Virus record (IMG/VR): IMGVR_UViG_3300033977_000049
Span: 23,975 to 87,974 of that record
Source: a virus
Strand: one strand, 5' to 3'
Length of the DNA: 64,000 bases
Shown: one piece after another, positions 51,688 to 62,349 of the stretch
Numbering within the stretch: position 1 is the first letter of the stretch
Layout of the letters: every line of letters begins with the position of its first letter
Translations under genes and position numbers: made by a program
The notes under the pieces: model-generated
What the model was told of the DNA's origin: nothing
What the model saw: the letters and a program-made list of their open reading frames with translations, nothing else
Database searches by the model: none

Positions 51688-54417
51688 ATGAACTGTAACC
51701 CCTTGGCTTAAAAACTATTTGTTCCCTTTTTACAACATCTCTTTCATCAAGCCATGTATCGCTATGAATGTATCTTGATGATTTAAAAGCATTTTTAGAT
51801 ACATAAACGATAGCGATGCCATCAAATCCCTCGAATTTCTCTGCCGATGTAAGAACTCGTATCGTCTTTCTTTTCTTAGATTTTAAATGTATAGACATTT
51901 TATTACTTTCCGTAAAGCGGAAATTAAAAAGTAACCGCTGCCGTTACAATTACCACCCCAAGCCAATAAATTGCCCTTCTAAAATCTCCAACTATACAAT
52001 AACCAACCGAAGCCCCAGCAGATAGAGCTATAACCCCAATTGCTAGCCATTTTCCAATATTCATATTATCTCCTTTCATTTTGGCGCATCCGTATAACGG
52101 ACAGAAATTTTTGCTTTTAAAGGAATTAGGGTATAATCAAATTCGTCTTCCCCTTCTTCCATTTCTGTAATAACTAGTAAATAATGTCCGATTTTAGCTA
52201 TCCGGCCAATGGAAGTTACCTTAGCAGCTAGGAATTCTTTGCCCTGGCGCATAGCATCAAAATTGGGAAGTTGCTCTTTATAGCGGGTTTGGGCATCTTC
52301 CCAATCAACTTCTCCATGCCGAAAGCGAATACCATTAATAATTACACTCTTACTAGCCATACATTCCCCTAATTTTTCTTGCTTTGCTTCCAAGCTGCAA
52401 TAATTACTGCAATCAAAATCCATGCTGGAAAGAGTAGGATTAAACCAAGAACAGAAGTGATGATATATTTCATGTTTATTCTCCCATGGAATTACAAACC
52501 ATTAATCTTTATCTCCAAATTTTCCAATCGCCGTTCTGCTTCTTTTAAACTGTTGTCTTCCTCAAGCAAGGGAGGTGCATCTGGTTCTTTGTCTTCGATC
52601 TCCGGCCTTGGATAATACGTATCCCATGCGATTTGCGCTTCATGGGCCGACTTGAGCACAAATATCCACAAATGTTTAATGACCAGGGTTCCTACAGCTA
52701 CGAACAAAAACAAAGACATGGTTAATCCAAAAACATTCCAAAACATTGAAAACACTCCGTCCATTATACCCTCCTATTTGTTTTTATAACTTCTAGCCCA
52801 GCCCGTAAACCATAATACCAATCCACTTAATATCAATAAATCTCCTAGGCTAAAAATCATATAACTTTTCCACGGGATGATATCGCATAAAAATAAAAGG
52901 CGTGTAGATGAACTTGCCACGCTATGGTATCCATCCACTATCTTCATTGTGCCCGCGCATGGCATGGAACTATAATTGGCTGCTATCACTAGGGCATTGC
53001 ATAAACATCCTGTGCCACACATAAATCTTCCGGCCCTCTGAAGGAAATTATCCACTAAGGCATACAGCATAAAAGCAAATGAACACATAAACATGGCCGG
53101 TACAAAATAATGAGGATGTTTCGTGTTAATAATATTACTTACTATAGAGAACATCATTCCTAGCCATAAAATCAAAAGCGATCCTCCCCTAATTGCACCT
53201 TCATTCATTTTTATCATTCCTCCATAATTCATACCACACCAGAAAGAACATCACCAGGCATCCTACTGCTATGCATATTAAAATCCGCTCCATTATTTTA
53301 AAGTTATCTGCCTTTCTTGAGTTTGCACTTGGCTGGGTGCCTGTGTAGCCCCCATAATTGTCGGCTGCCTCATGCCTACAATTTGCACATTAATTAAAGC
53401 ATGGCAATCTCGACAAAAGAAAATCTGAACAATTGGGATTGGAGCACCTGGGAGCGCTGGCATTTCTTTTGCGATTGACGCTAGATTAAGTGGACATGTT
53501 TGGCAAAATCCGCATGCTATTTCAATTTTTTCTTCTTTTGGCTCGTCCATTATAGACTCCTGCCTTCTAAAAATTTTCTATAAGCTATCGCTTCTTGGCG
53601 AAGCTTTTCCCAGCCCGGATCTGAACATTGTCTGAAATGCGACCCGGTTTTTTCATTAATAATATCCAGGGCGCATTGACCACAAGCAAATCCGTAAAGC
53701 ATCTTGAAATTCATAAGTGCTCTTACTAATCGCCCCGGATAATCGATCTTACAAAAATCACATAACATCGTCTTCCCAATTTTTCACCCTAGTTACACCA
53801 AGGCATAAGTTTAAAATTTCTTTAATACGTTCTCGCATCATGAGAATTTCTTTAAAAGCCCTCCATTGAACATCAAAATTAGCCGCTCCCGTTTCAAGGG
53901 AACCAAGCTCGGCATCATTTAATTTATCAGATTCTTGTTTAATCATTTTAATCTCGCAACGGTATCTATAAGTTGGGCCAATAAATTATTTTGCCATTCA
54001 AGATTTGCAGCGATTGCCTGTAGACAAAGAGCCTTAAATGCTTCTACGCGCTCTGCATTATCAAATCTATCCTTGAAAGCCAAAACATCTTGTACTGTAA
54101 ATTTAAAATTTATAATTTTATTCCAGGCTCGTATATTATCGGCCATAATAATTCTCCTTTCATCTGACATCTAAATGTTCAGGAATTTGACATTGAATTG
54201 TCGTTCCACAAGTACAATGAGGCGTAAGTTTTAATCCAGGATTATCAAAATTTTTTATATGAATTGTATGCCCAGCCGATACTGTTATATATGTTTTTGG
54301 CAAATAAGCATTCAAAAATGCACCAACGTATCTTTCCCTAGTCCAGCCGGAATCTATAATCCTATCTTTTATAATATTCCAAGCAGCAAGAGCTTCATCA
54401 ACCAAATCTTTTGACAT
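51671..54417 (-). CDS. Run of small coupled hypothetical genes incl. a multi-TM protein at 52774-53232
   Basis: Track ORFs 51671, 52076, 52492, 52774 (N.LVI.AN..MP...L.D, FSLGD motif), 53293, 53550, 53758, 53943, 54160, many with overlapping stop/start. Confidence 0.6.
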
Positions 54418-54438
54418 AAATATTCCTCCAATCTAAAA

Positions 54439-54557
54439 GCGATGGCCGGTTTCCCCACCCGGTTCCCTATGGGCATGTCTTGGCCTGTTGGCCCTTGGCT
54501 CCAACCGCATGAGCGCTCGCAACCTCCACACCCTCCAATCCCAGCCAATCGCATCGC
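54439..54557 (-). ncRNA. Candidate GC-rich structured RNA
   Basis: Closing stem GCGATG/CATCGC with inner TTGGCT/AGCCAA, GGCC/GGCC and CCGG/CCGG stems in an AT-rich neighbourhood. Confidence 0.4.
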
Positions 54558-54560
54558 TAT

Positions 54561-55179
54561 TTATTCCTGTTTTCGGCTATAGTAATTTCTTACATCATCC
54601 TTTGAATAAAAATTTTCTTTCTTATCAATATTTTCTATGGCGGTTAAAATTTTGTTCGTTATCCGGATACCGATAGTGCCAATGTAAAATATAAAGCCAA
54701 ATATAATCATAATAACCAATACCAACACGCGCACCAGAAGCAATAACCATCCAAGAAATTTTTCCATTTTAATCTCCTTATTTCAATTTCTTGGCATTTA
54801 ATAAAATAAACCAAGGTTTCGTGCGCCCTTATTTTATTTTTGGCACCCAGGTTCCGGGGAAAAATAATTTTTGGATCTCTTTGCGCATTTTGACTTTATA
54901 TTTCCCTGCCCTTTTCTCCAGGCATTTGGTGCAAAGTTTATATCCAGTATCGCACATATAGCCCACTCTTACCGTTTTATGGCAATCGTCACATGTAATA
55001 TTTGCTTCCGCTAGTAATTCACTATGAACATAGACTGTAACTTTTTCGGTATGAGAGCCTACAAATTTTCCCTCCCCTAGGTATTTATTTTTCATTATCT
55101 TGCCCCTATTATTTTTAATATCCAATATACCAACCCAATTGAACCACAGAATGCATATATCCAAGAAGCAACAAGCCAA
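54561..55179 (-). CDS. Two small hypothetical genes (54561-54767 TM protein; 54829-~55095 Zn-finger-like)
   Basis: Track ORFs; CDDC...C...CTKC in the second. Confidence 0.5.
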
Positions 55180-55452
55180 AATGTCCTTCTATATACATTA
55201 GTTTCCGTTTTCCGGAAATAAGTAAAAACTATTGCACATGCGAAGGCTAATATGGTAAAAACAATTATCATCTATTTCCTCGATGCCCGCACCATAAAGC
55301 ATAAAGAAATGCAAGGCAGAGTAATAAAAGCATAAGGCATAAATCCATTAGCTATTCCTCGTCTTTATTTCTATTTACAAGCCTATGGAAGGCCCATAGA
55401 AATACAACCATAAGCCATGCCCAAATAAGGGCGATATCAATTATGATTTTCA

Positions 55453-55836
55453 TTACCAAATTCCCTTAAAGGCTCCAGCCTTAGCTAATCTAAGCATCCC
55501 CTTTTGAAATAATGGCCCATGCCGTACTCCTGAATGGCCGGTTATAGAAAGATATACATGGTTCATTTCATGGAACATAGTAAATTTAAGTTCATTTAGG
55601 TAAAGATTATGAGCGACGACAATGGTAAAGGGAACTGTCTTAAGTTGATATTTTCTTTTGTCGCTAACCCTCTGCATTTCCATATCATATACTATTTTGC
55701 CCAGCCTTCTATATCCATCTTCTTTCCCCAGATTAGCAATAAACACCGGCACATCTTTAGGAAGCCGATTATTAAAATATCTACGATTCAGGCATTTATA
55801 TATTCTCTCAAGGCAATAACTTCTCTCTCCAATCAT
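55453..55836 (-). CDS. SprT-like zinc metalloprotease
   Basis: LNRRYFNNRLP, TMFHEMNH, HGPLF. Confidence 0.8.
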   Translation of the reverse strand: MIGERSYCLERIYKCLNRRYFNNRLPKDVPVFIANLGKEDGYRRLGKIVYDMEMQRVSDKRKYQLKTVPFTIVVAHNLYLNELKFTMFHEMNHVYLSITGHSGVRHGPLFQKGMLRLAKAGAFKGIW

Positions 55837-55845
55837 CTTAACCCC

Positions 55846-57056
55846 CTAAATAAAGGAATCTTCATTATCCAATTCCGCTGCCTCAAATGGATCGTCTATT
55901 CGCCGTTTAATATTTATTCCCGGAGTTTCCAATTCCCCCGGTGGCTTATTGTCTCTAAGTCCAGTTAAATCAACCGTTGGCAAATTAGGCCCTAATTTAT
56001 TAATAGTTAATTCATCCAGTAATTGCTTGAATAAAAATTTTAATTCTTCATTGGGTAATTCAATCATTCCAGTAATGGATTTGCGTTTTCCATAGACCAC
56101 ACAATCAGGATCAAATATCTTAAGATTAACTTTTAATTGCATGTTATTCCTCCTTGATATTGTTAATAATTGACTTGTACATCTCTTGATAATTATATAA
56201 TTCATTAAGTAATTTTTTAAATTCATTTTCCGGTAATTCGGTAATACCAGGCTTGATATTGGTATTCCTATGTATTTTAAAGAGTCGGCAGAAATATACC
56301 AATGCGAAATGCTGTATAGTATTCATTTCGCAATTCAATGGGCCAATTATAGGAAGATTAATTTTTAATTGCATGCTATTCCTTCTTACTATTTATAAAG
56401 CGGCTTAAAATTATCCGGTCATCTAAATAAGTTCCGCAATAATCATATCCCTGTGCCGTTAATTCATTTAATTGCTTGATGGCATCATCTGAAGCCGCGT
56501 CTAATATAATAACCTTAAATGCATAATAAACCATTTTATTCTCTTTAATTCAATTAATAATCAATATAGGATCAATTAAATATATTTTCCAATAAAGCCA
56601 ATTAATAAATCGCCTATTCACTTTATTCATTTTTTATTACATCAATTAGGAATCTTATAGCCATGGCCCCTAATTAAAAAGTTTAATTTATATTCCATAT
56701 GGATTGAAGTTTATTATTCCCATTAAAGGAGGGCTTTTCTCAGTAATTGGTGCCATGGAATATTCATTAGTATCTCCAATTAATGGGCTTACCTGTCCCC
56801 AGTGAGATGATTTAATATATTTAGACAATTCGATATGTTCTTGATTAGAAACCGCTTTTTGTATATCTTGACTAAGATTACGAAGCGTAATGGCTTGATT
56901 ATCTTGATTGGCCTGAAATGCTTCTAGGGCTTGCTCTTCAATAAATTCCAATACCCATTTTAATCCATAGATATATCCTGACATATTATTCCACGTCTTG
57001 TCAAATTTAATACATTCAGGGCAATTAGTATGTTCTCCAATATGCTGAACGGGCAT
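55846..57056 (-). CDS. Small hypothetical genes; 55846-56142 and 56144-56374 share an N-terminal motif
   Basis: MQLKVNL...GMIELPNEELKFL versus MQLKINL...GITELPENEFKKL; 56688-57056 has a GGAGG RBS. Confidence 0.55.
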
Positions 57057-57598
57057 AAATCCTCCTATTGCGAAAAGTTTAATTTATCCTAATAAAAGTT
57101 ATAAGTGGTTGGGGGGTCACTCTCAGTCCATCGCCGCCCCCGAAGGGGGTTCCACCGGCCCCCAGGGCCGATTCCAAAAGTAGTACCTAACTCCTTTCCT
57201 ATCAATAAATTATCGGCCATCACCAATTCCCCTCCCATCTTATTTAGATGCTTATAAGCTATCCCTGGTCCTCTATTCTATCGCGCCCCTGGCTCCGCAC
57301 CTGGAATTTTATTCAAAGCCCAGGTTGCGCCCTATTGCGAGTTGTTAAGTCCTTTATTTACAATAAATGTTGTAGAGTTTCCTACTCTACAACATTACTC
57401 GTTATCTGCTATTAAGTCAGTATGTTACGCGAATGCCGATATTTCGGCGCGGGCCGTGCAACCCTTCCACTCCTATCCACTATTTACCACATTCCACCAC
57501 TTAAAATCTTTATGTAACGATGTCTTTGTTATAGACAAGTTCCTATAGACTCCGTTTTGTACACCCATAGTTGACAAAATAGCATGGATTTAAACCGC

Positions 57599-59219
57599 CT
57601 ATTCTTCGCTTTCAGATTGCACTATTTCCTTTAACTCCTCCTCGCTTAATTGCTCAATTAACTCGCTCATTGCTAATTGCCGGGGTAATGGCTTACGAAG
57701 GTCATTGCCGTCTAAGTCCACTTCTGCTATAACCCAGGAGGCTTTACTAATCATTAGTTTATACCTTGCGGTCATAATATTTCCTCTCGAACTTTCTCAG
57801 ATAATTCTTCAAAATCTTCCTCCAGAGAATCAACTTGCCCTTGTAAGGAATAATCTTTTTGCTTATCAAACTTTGCCATATTCCCCGGCCATTTATTAAT
57901 AACTTCCAATGACCTTTTTACAGTCGCCGGACATGGTAATTCGCCGGGATCGGGTTCATATCCGGTAAAACAAATACCCCACAGGAGTCTAAGCGCTTGC
58001 CATTCGGGATGCCGGTCACAATATTCGCATTCCCCAGGCGCATGTAGAACTCTGGCATCGCAATGAGGTGTTTGTTTAATCAAATTAATTGCATCCAATT
58101 TAGGGATTTGTTTTCTAAACATTTAATCCTCCGTAATATCCGCTTCATCAATCAGTGTTATTGTGCCACCGATTTTATTTACCCATTTTTCAAGGTCGGT
58201 AATAGGTCTTGAAATAAACTTATGTAAGATTGGCGCTGCCTCAATAATACACTGATCCGGCTCGGTTATGCCTACAGCAGCGCAAAAATTTTTAGTGGTT
58301 ATTTGATACCATTTCATTGTATTTTCCCCTGTCCGCTTTCCGGCTGTTCAATCAATTCTTCCAATTCAATATCCTTTTTCTTATTCAATTCGCTCAATTC
58401 CTGGTAAATTCGCTTAAGGTATTTCACTTGCTCTGCCTGTCGCGCCGAATCTCGCCACCATAAATAGGCTTCCAGACCACCTAACGCTAGAATAATGATT
58501 AGCGCTTCGATCATATCCCACCTCCGCATTTCACACACTTTCCAGTTTGCGGATAATTTCCAGTTTGTGGAATGTGGGGTTTGTGATAATTATCCCACGC
58601 ATGACACATTCCGCATTCGCATGGATCAGATTTGGTTGCGAATGCTGGGTCTGGAATCCATGATTTTTCATCATGCCAACCTATGCGCTTGGCCTCAATT
58701 CCGCTATACCATCTTTTTTGTTTTTCCATTTTTAGGTTTTTGTCCTATACGTAAAATTTGGTAACGGGATTCAGAATGCCCCCAAAAGGCCATATTCATA
58801 TTTCTACGTTCACAGGCAGCCTTGCGAGTTTTATAACAAGAAGCATATTTCCAATCTGAGTCGCGCAATCGAAACCATACCCATTTGCCACGCACAACAC
58901 TAAATACAGAGCACCAAACACACCAATTTTTATTTGAAGTCATTTAACAATTCCCTTGCCAACATCGACATTTCTCGAAAATTACTGAGCGTATTGTTTT
59001 ATCTCGACACTGCCATACCCATTTAAATTTTCCTTGAAGGTAAATTGCTGTATGTTCACATTGATAACATCCTCCACACCTAGAGCACTTATAAAGTAAG
59101 TCACCACATTTAGCACACCGTTTTTCATGGACGGCACACCTCACACTCTCTCCACCATTATAATACCATACTTTCGTGAAATTATTGGAATATTTATTCA
59201 TTCCAGGGGGCATATCCAA
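57599..59219 (-). CDS. Run of small hypothetical genes, several Cys/Trp-rich
   Basis: Track ORFs 57772, 58123, 58314, 58511, 58704, 58944 plus hand-translated 57599-57775 (MTARYKL...). Confidence 0.55.
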
Positions 59220-59486
59220 TGTGTGAAAATTCTCAACTTTCGGTATAAATGTCAGTGGGAGTTTTTTCGCACTCGGTTATTTCACTCATTCCTAGCAATT
59301 GGAATTCCATAAAATGTTTAATATTGGACGGGATGTTGAAATTTACAATACCTAATCCAGATGATTGATTCCAAACAATTTAGGGCGATAAGAGAACTTT
59401 TGTCCGCATAAAATTTCAACACATTTTTCCGCTTAACGGACAAGGCCAAGCCTCTAAAATCCAAGTAAAAACTATATTTGGTTTAT

Positions 59487-59522
59487 TTTCAATAAGTTAA
59501 ATATTTTGGCACCGAGAGTGCT
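59487..59522 (+). promoter_or_regulatory. Sigma54 -24/-12 promoter with upstream IHF-like site
   Basis: TGGCAC-CGAGA-GTGCT (59507-59522; GG and GC 10 nt apart); TTTCAATAAGTTA (59487-59499) is one mismatch from WATCAANNNNTTR. Confidence 0.65.
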
Positions 59523-59530
59523 CTATATAT

Positions 59531-59975
59531 GGACGTCCGGGGAAACCCGGATGATCGAAATGGTTCTACCGCTCAGCACATAGTCCTAGATCGGGAATAC
59601 CTGATGCAACTAGGGGCGCATGGCTCAGAAATGCGGTATGAAAAAGCCGCAAGGCGAGACAAGTTCCCATAAGTCCTGTACGGAGGCAGGGAGCGCACCT
59701 GGAGAGCGCGGTGAGAACGTAGCCCTTAGCTAATAAGTGGTCCGGGCGAGGATAGCTCACGACTCTAGGATTCTCTCTTTTTAGATTATCAATCGCTTTG
59801 ATGCCTTAGCTTAGAAAAAACCGGCAGCATTATAAGTCAGGCTGCAACGGTGCGGGCAAGCGGAAACCGCGCTAAGGCATCTAAGCGGTTGATAATTTCA
59901 ATTGCAGGCATAAGTCCTGACCTATCGGCAGGCAGCGTTTAAAAGAGCAAACATGGCAACGTATCAAGCGTTATC
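59531..59975 (+). ncRNA. Long structured leader/ncRNA region
   Basis: No credible ORF; starts at predicted +1 with TCCGGG-GAAA-CCCGGA; many stems, some GNRA-capped; 26-bp stem 59785-59896. Confidence 0.6.
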
Positions 59976-59983
59976 GGAGGTAA

Positions 59984-60325
59984 ATGATATCCATGATTAA
60001 AATATTCTATCATGGAACTTCAAGTAAAAATCTTAAATCCATTCTCAAGATAGGCCTGCTTCCCGGTAACGGAAGAAATTACCAAGAAGATATTTGGCTA
60101 AAGAACCATTGCCAAAAGGGGGTTTTCATGGATGCCCAGGCTAGTGTAGCTCAACACTATGCCGAAATAGCAGCGGGTAAATATATTCCCAACAGTCAAT
60201 TAGGGCAACCTGTTATATTGGCGGTGAGAATAAATCCAAAAAGATTACATCGCGATATAGCCGCAGGTGGAGCGGCTTATTTTTGTACTTCTAGAATACC
60301 CCCTAAACATATAAAGAAAATCTAA
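59984..60325 (+). CDS. ADP-ribosyltransferase/Tpt1-like fold protein
   Basis: GGAGG RBS; FYHGTS...I...GL.P, GVF....A..YA, ILAV, IPP..I. Confidence 0.6.
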   Translation: MISMIKIFYHGTSSKNLKSILKIGLLPGNGRNYQEDIWLKNHCQKGVFMDAQASVAQHYAEIAAGKYIPNSQLGQPVILAVRINPKRLHRDIAAGGAAYFCTSRIPPKHIKKI

Positions 60326-60338
60326 TTTTGGAGGCTTT

Positions 60339-60494
60339 ATGTCATTCCTAGATTACGTTAGGGAATACGGAACAATAGCAGTCGCGCAAGCTCTAAAAGC
60401 GGTTGATGAAGAGGTTGCGGATTCCCGCATCAAAACCGGTGACCAGGAATATGACCCTCTGACTTTTCAAGATTCGATTCTTTATTGGAATTAG
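60339..60494 (+). CDS. Small acidic protein (51 aa)
   Basis: GGAGG RBS; MSFLDYVREYG...ILYWN*. Confidence 0.7.
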   Translation: MSFLDYVREYGTIAVAQALKAVDEEVADSRIKTGDQEYDPLTFQDSILYWN

Positions 60495-60738
60495 CTTTGC
60501 CCTTGCCCCTAATTGAGCGCTAAATGCTGCTAGCCAGGAAAGAAGGTCCAATTTAACGGACGCGAGTGGCGGGTCAATTCACTTATAGAATTGCGGGTGT
60601 TTAGCCTATTAGGGGCAACATGGAAAGCTAAATCAAATCGGAAGCGGAAGGAAATTAAATTAGCTTTACTCCCGGCCTTGAGTAATCTCAGGGCCGTATG
60701 GAAAGTTAATCTAAAGAGAAAGCTAAATGGAGGCTGTA

Positions 60739-60837
60739 ATGTCTTGGAAACTACGTGTACGTTTTTGGATTATGTACTTTCGTCTGATCCCAATAGCCCT
60801 AAGAATGGGCAGGCGACCACATATTGTATGGTATTAA
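60739..60837 (+). CDS. Cationic hydrophobic peptide (32 aa)
   Basis: GGAGG RBS; MSWKLRVRFWIMYFRLIPIALRMGRRPHIVWY*. Confidence 0.55.
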   Translation: MSWKLRVRFWIMYFRLIPIALRMGRRPHIVWY

Positions 60838-60859
60838 AAAGACATGATTCAAGAATCAG

Positions 60860-60987
60860 GCCGGGCCTTTCCCGGCAAACAGGATAGAAGCTCAGGCTGA
60901 AAAGCTGGCGAGAGCTTGACCTGCTCAATAGTGTCCCACTTATCTGCAAAGCGGAAAGGCGAGAGGATTGAGAAAAGGATTAACATG
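60860..60987 (+). repeat. Structured leader repeat, copy 1
   Basis: ~128-nt near-identical to 63099-63226, ending at ATG. Confidence 0.9.
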
Positions 60988-62088
60988 CATAATCTAGAAA
61001 TCGTGGACGATAAAGCGTCTATGGTTTATGTCAGTAAATGGGGTAATCCTTGGCATGAATTAGGAACGCCCGTCGAAAATGCTATGACTGCCGTACAAGC
61101 CTTGGAATTAAGCCGCCAAAATTTCAAAGTCGAAAAGTTCCAACTTGAATTTCAGGGAAAGCCGGTTCCGGCATGGGGCATTTTCCGCACCGATTCAATG
61201 GGGCTTTTAGGAACCTGCGGAGAAGGTTATCTTCCAATTCAAAATGATGCACAATTCGACGCCATTGATGCTCTCTTGCAAGGTTCTGACGGTGCCCATT
61301 ATGATACCGCCGGGGTATTAGGTAAAGGTGAAAGAGTATGGGCCTTGGCCCGAATCCCCCAAGCCGATATCAATATCGGTTCCGATAAACACGAGGCCTA
61401 TCTTTTGGCATCCACTTCACACGATGGTTCCGAAGCATTTACTTTAAAGCTGGTCAATATTCGGGTGGTTTGCCAGAATACGCTAAGTATGGCGCTTTCC
61501 AGTAACGGCGCACTCGCCAGAATTCGACATACCAAAAACGCCCTAGGCCGCATGGAAGCAGCCAAAGAATATTTCAAGATGATCGAAAAGAACGCCCATA
61601 CCCTAGCCGAAAAACTACAGGTACTTGCTGGGCGTAACATGACCAAGCAAAGCTATATGCAGGTCATGGACCGCTTATTCCCTGTCAGGCGCGACCAACA
61701 GGGTAATATTGTGAACGCTACGCGCCGGGAAAACATCTTGAACGAAATTGTACGGTTGTACGAAAGCAATGACCGCAATGCGGTTCCTGAAGTCAAGGGC
61801 ACTGCATACAATCTCCTGAACGCTGTTACGGAATACACTGACCACTGCCGTAACGCTCGCATGACTGAAGATCGGGAAGAAGCCGGATATACCGTAAAAC
61901 AAGCCCGCGCTGAAAGCGCCCTGTTTGGATCGGGGGAACAATTGAAAACACGCGCCCTAGAAGTGATTCTTGAGGATACCAAGGGCAATCCGGTTCATAC
62001 TATCCAGCAGTGCGCCGCCCCTGCGGTTGAAATGCTACAAAGCACGGGTAGCGCCTTGCTCGATCAGGTAATTGATGAGAATAACTAA
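60985..62088 (+). CDS. DUF932-like phage/plasmid protein
   Basis: PWHELG, YLPIQN, TAGVLGKGERVW, SHDGS, RVVCQNTL, IRHT, GTAYNLLNAVTEY.DH; true start MHNL at 60985. Confidence 0.85.
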   Translation: MHNLEIVDDKASMVYVSKWGNPWHELGTPVENAMTAVQALELSRQNFKVEKFQLEFQGKPVPAWGIFRTDSMGLLGTCGEGYLPIQNDAQFDAIDALLQGSDGAHYDTAGVLGKGERVWALARIPQADINIGSDKHEAYLLASTSHDGSEAFTLKLVNIRVVCQNTLSMALSSNGALARIRHTKNALGRMEAAKEYFKMIEKNAHTLAEKLQVLAGRNMTKQSYMQVMDRLFPVRRDQQGNIVNATRRENILNEIVRLYESNDRNAVPEVKGTAYNLLNAVTEYTDHCRNARMTEDREEAGYTVKQARAESALFGSGEQLKTRALEVILEDTKGNPVHTIQQCAAPAVEMLQSTGSALLDQVIDENN

Positions 62089-62209
62089 GATTGGCTAGCC
62101 AATACTGGCTAGCATAACCCCCACACCATTGCGTAAGCCCCTTTTAATAAGGGCACGGGGTATACAAAAAGCTGGGGGTTATGCTGGCTAGTAATGGACT
62201 GGAGGGAAC

Positions 62210-62287
62210 ATGAAACTATCTTGCCGCATTATGCACGCAATATGGCTTTTCCTGTTGCGGCATCATGTAGTAAAGTTTGTTGTTTAG
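62210..62287 (+). CDS. Cationic hydrophobic peptide (25 aa)
   Basis: GGAGG RBS; MKLSCRIMHAIWLFLLRHHVVKFVV*. Confidence 0.5.
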   Translation: MKLSCRIMHAIWLFLLRHHVVKFVV

Positions 62288-62349
62288 TCTTGCTCCCGGC
62301 CCTGAACAATTTCAGGGTCGCATGGAAAGCCAAATTTTTGGAGGAAAAC

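Noticed and set aside
60591-60984. Track ORF 60591-60887 and N-terminal extensions of the 60916, 62194 and 63170 ORFs
   Set aside because: They run through RNA repeat elements; better RBS-ATG starts lie downstream.
60860-60987. Leader repeat as HDV/theta, twister, pistol or c-di-GMP RNA
   Set aside because: Could not thread the known element order or conserved nucleotides by eye; a covariance search is needed to exclude them properly.
62109-62121. CTAGCATAACCCC identical to the start of the T7 Tphi terminator
   Set aside because: Rest of Tphi absent; it is one arm of a longer stem, so probably coincidence.
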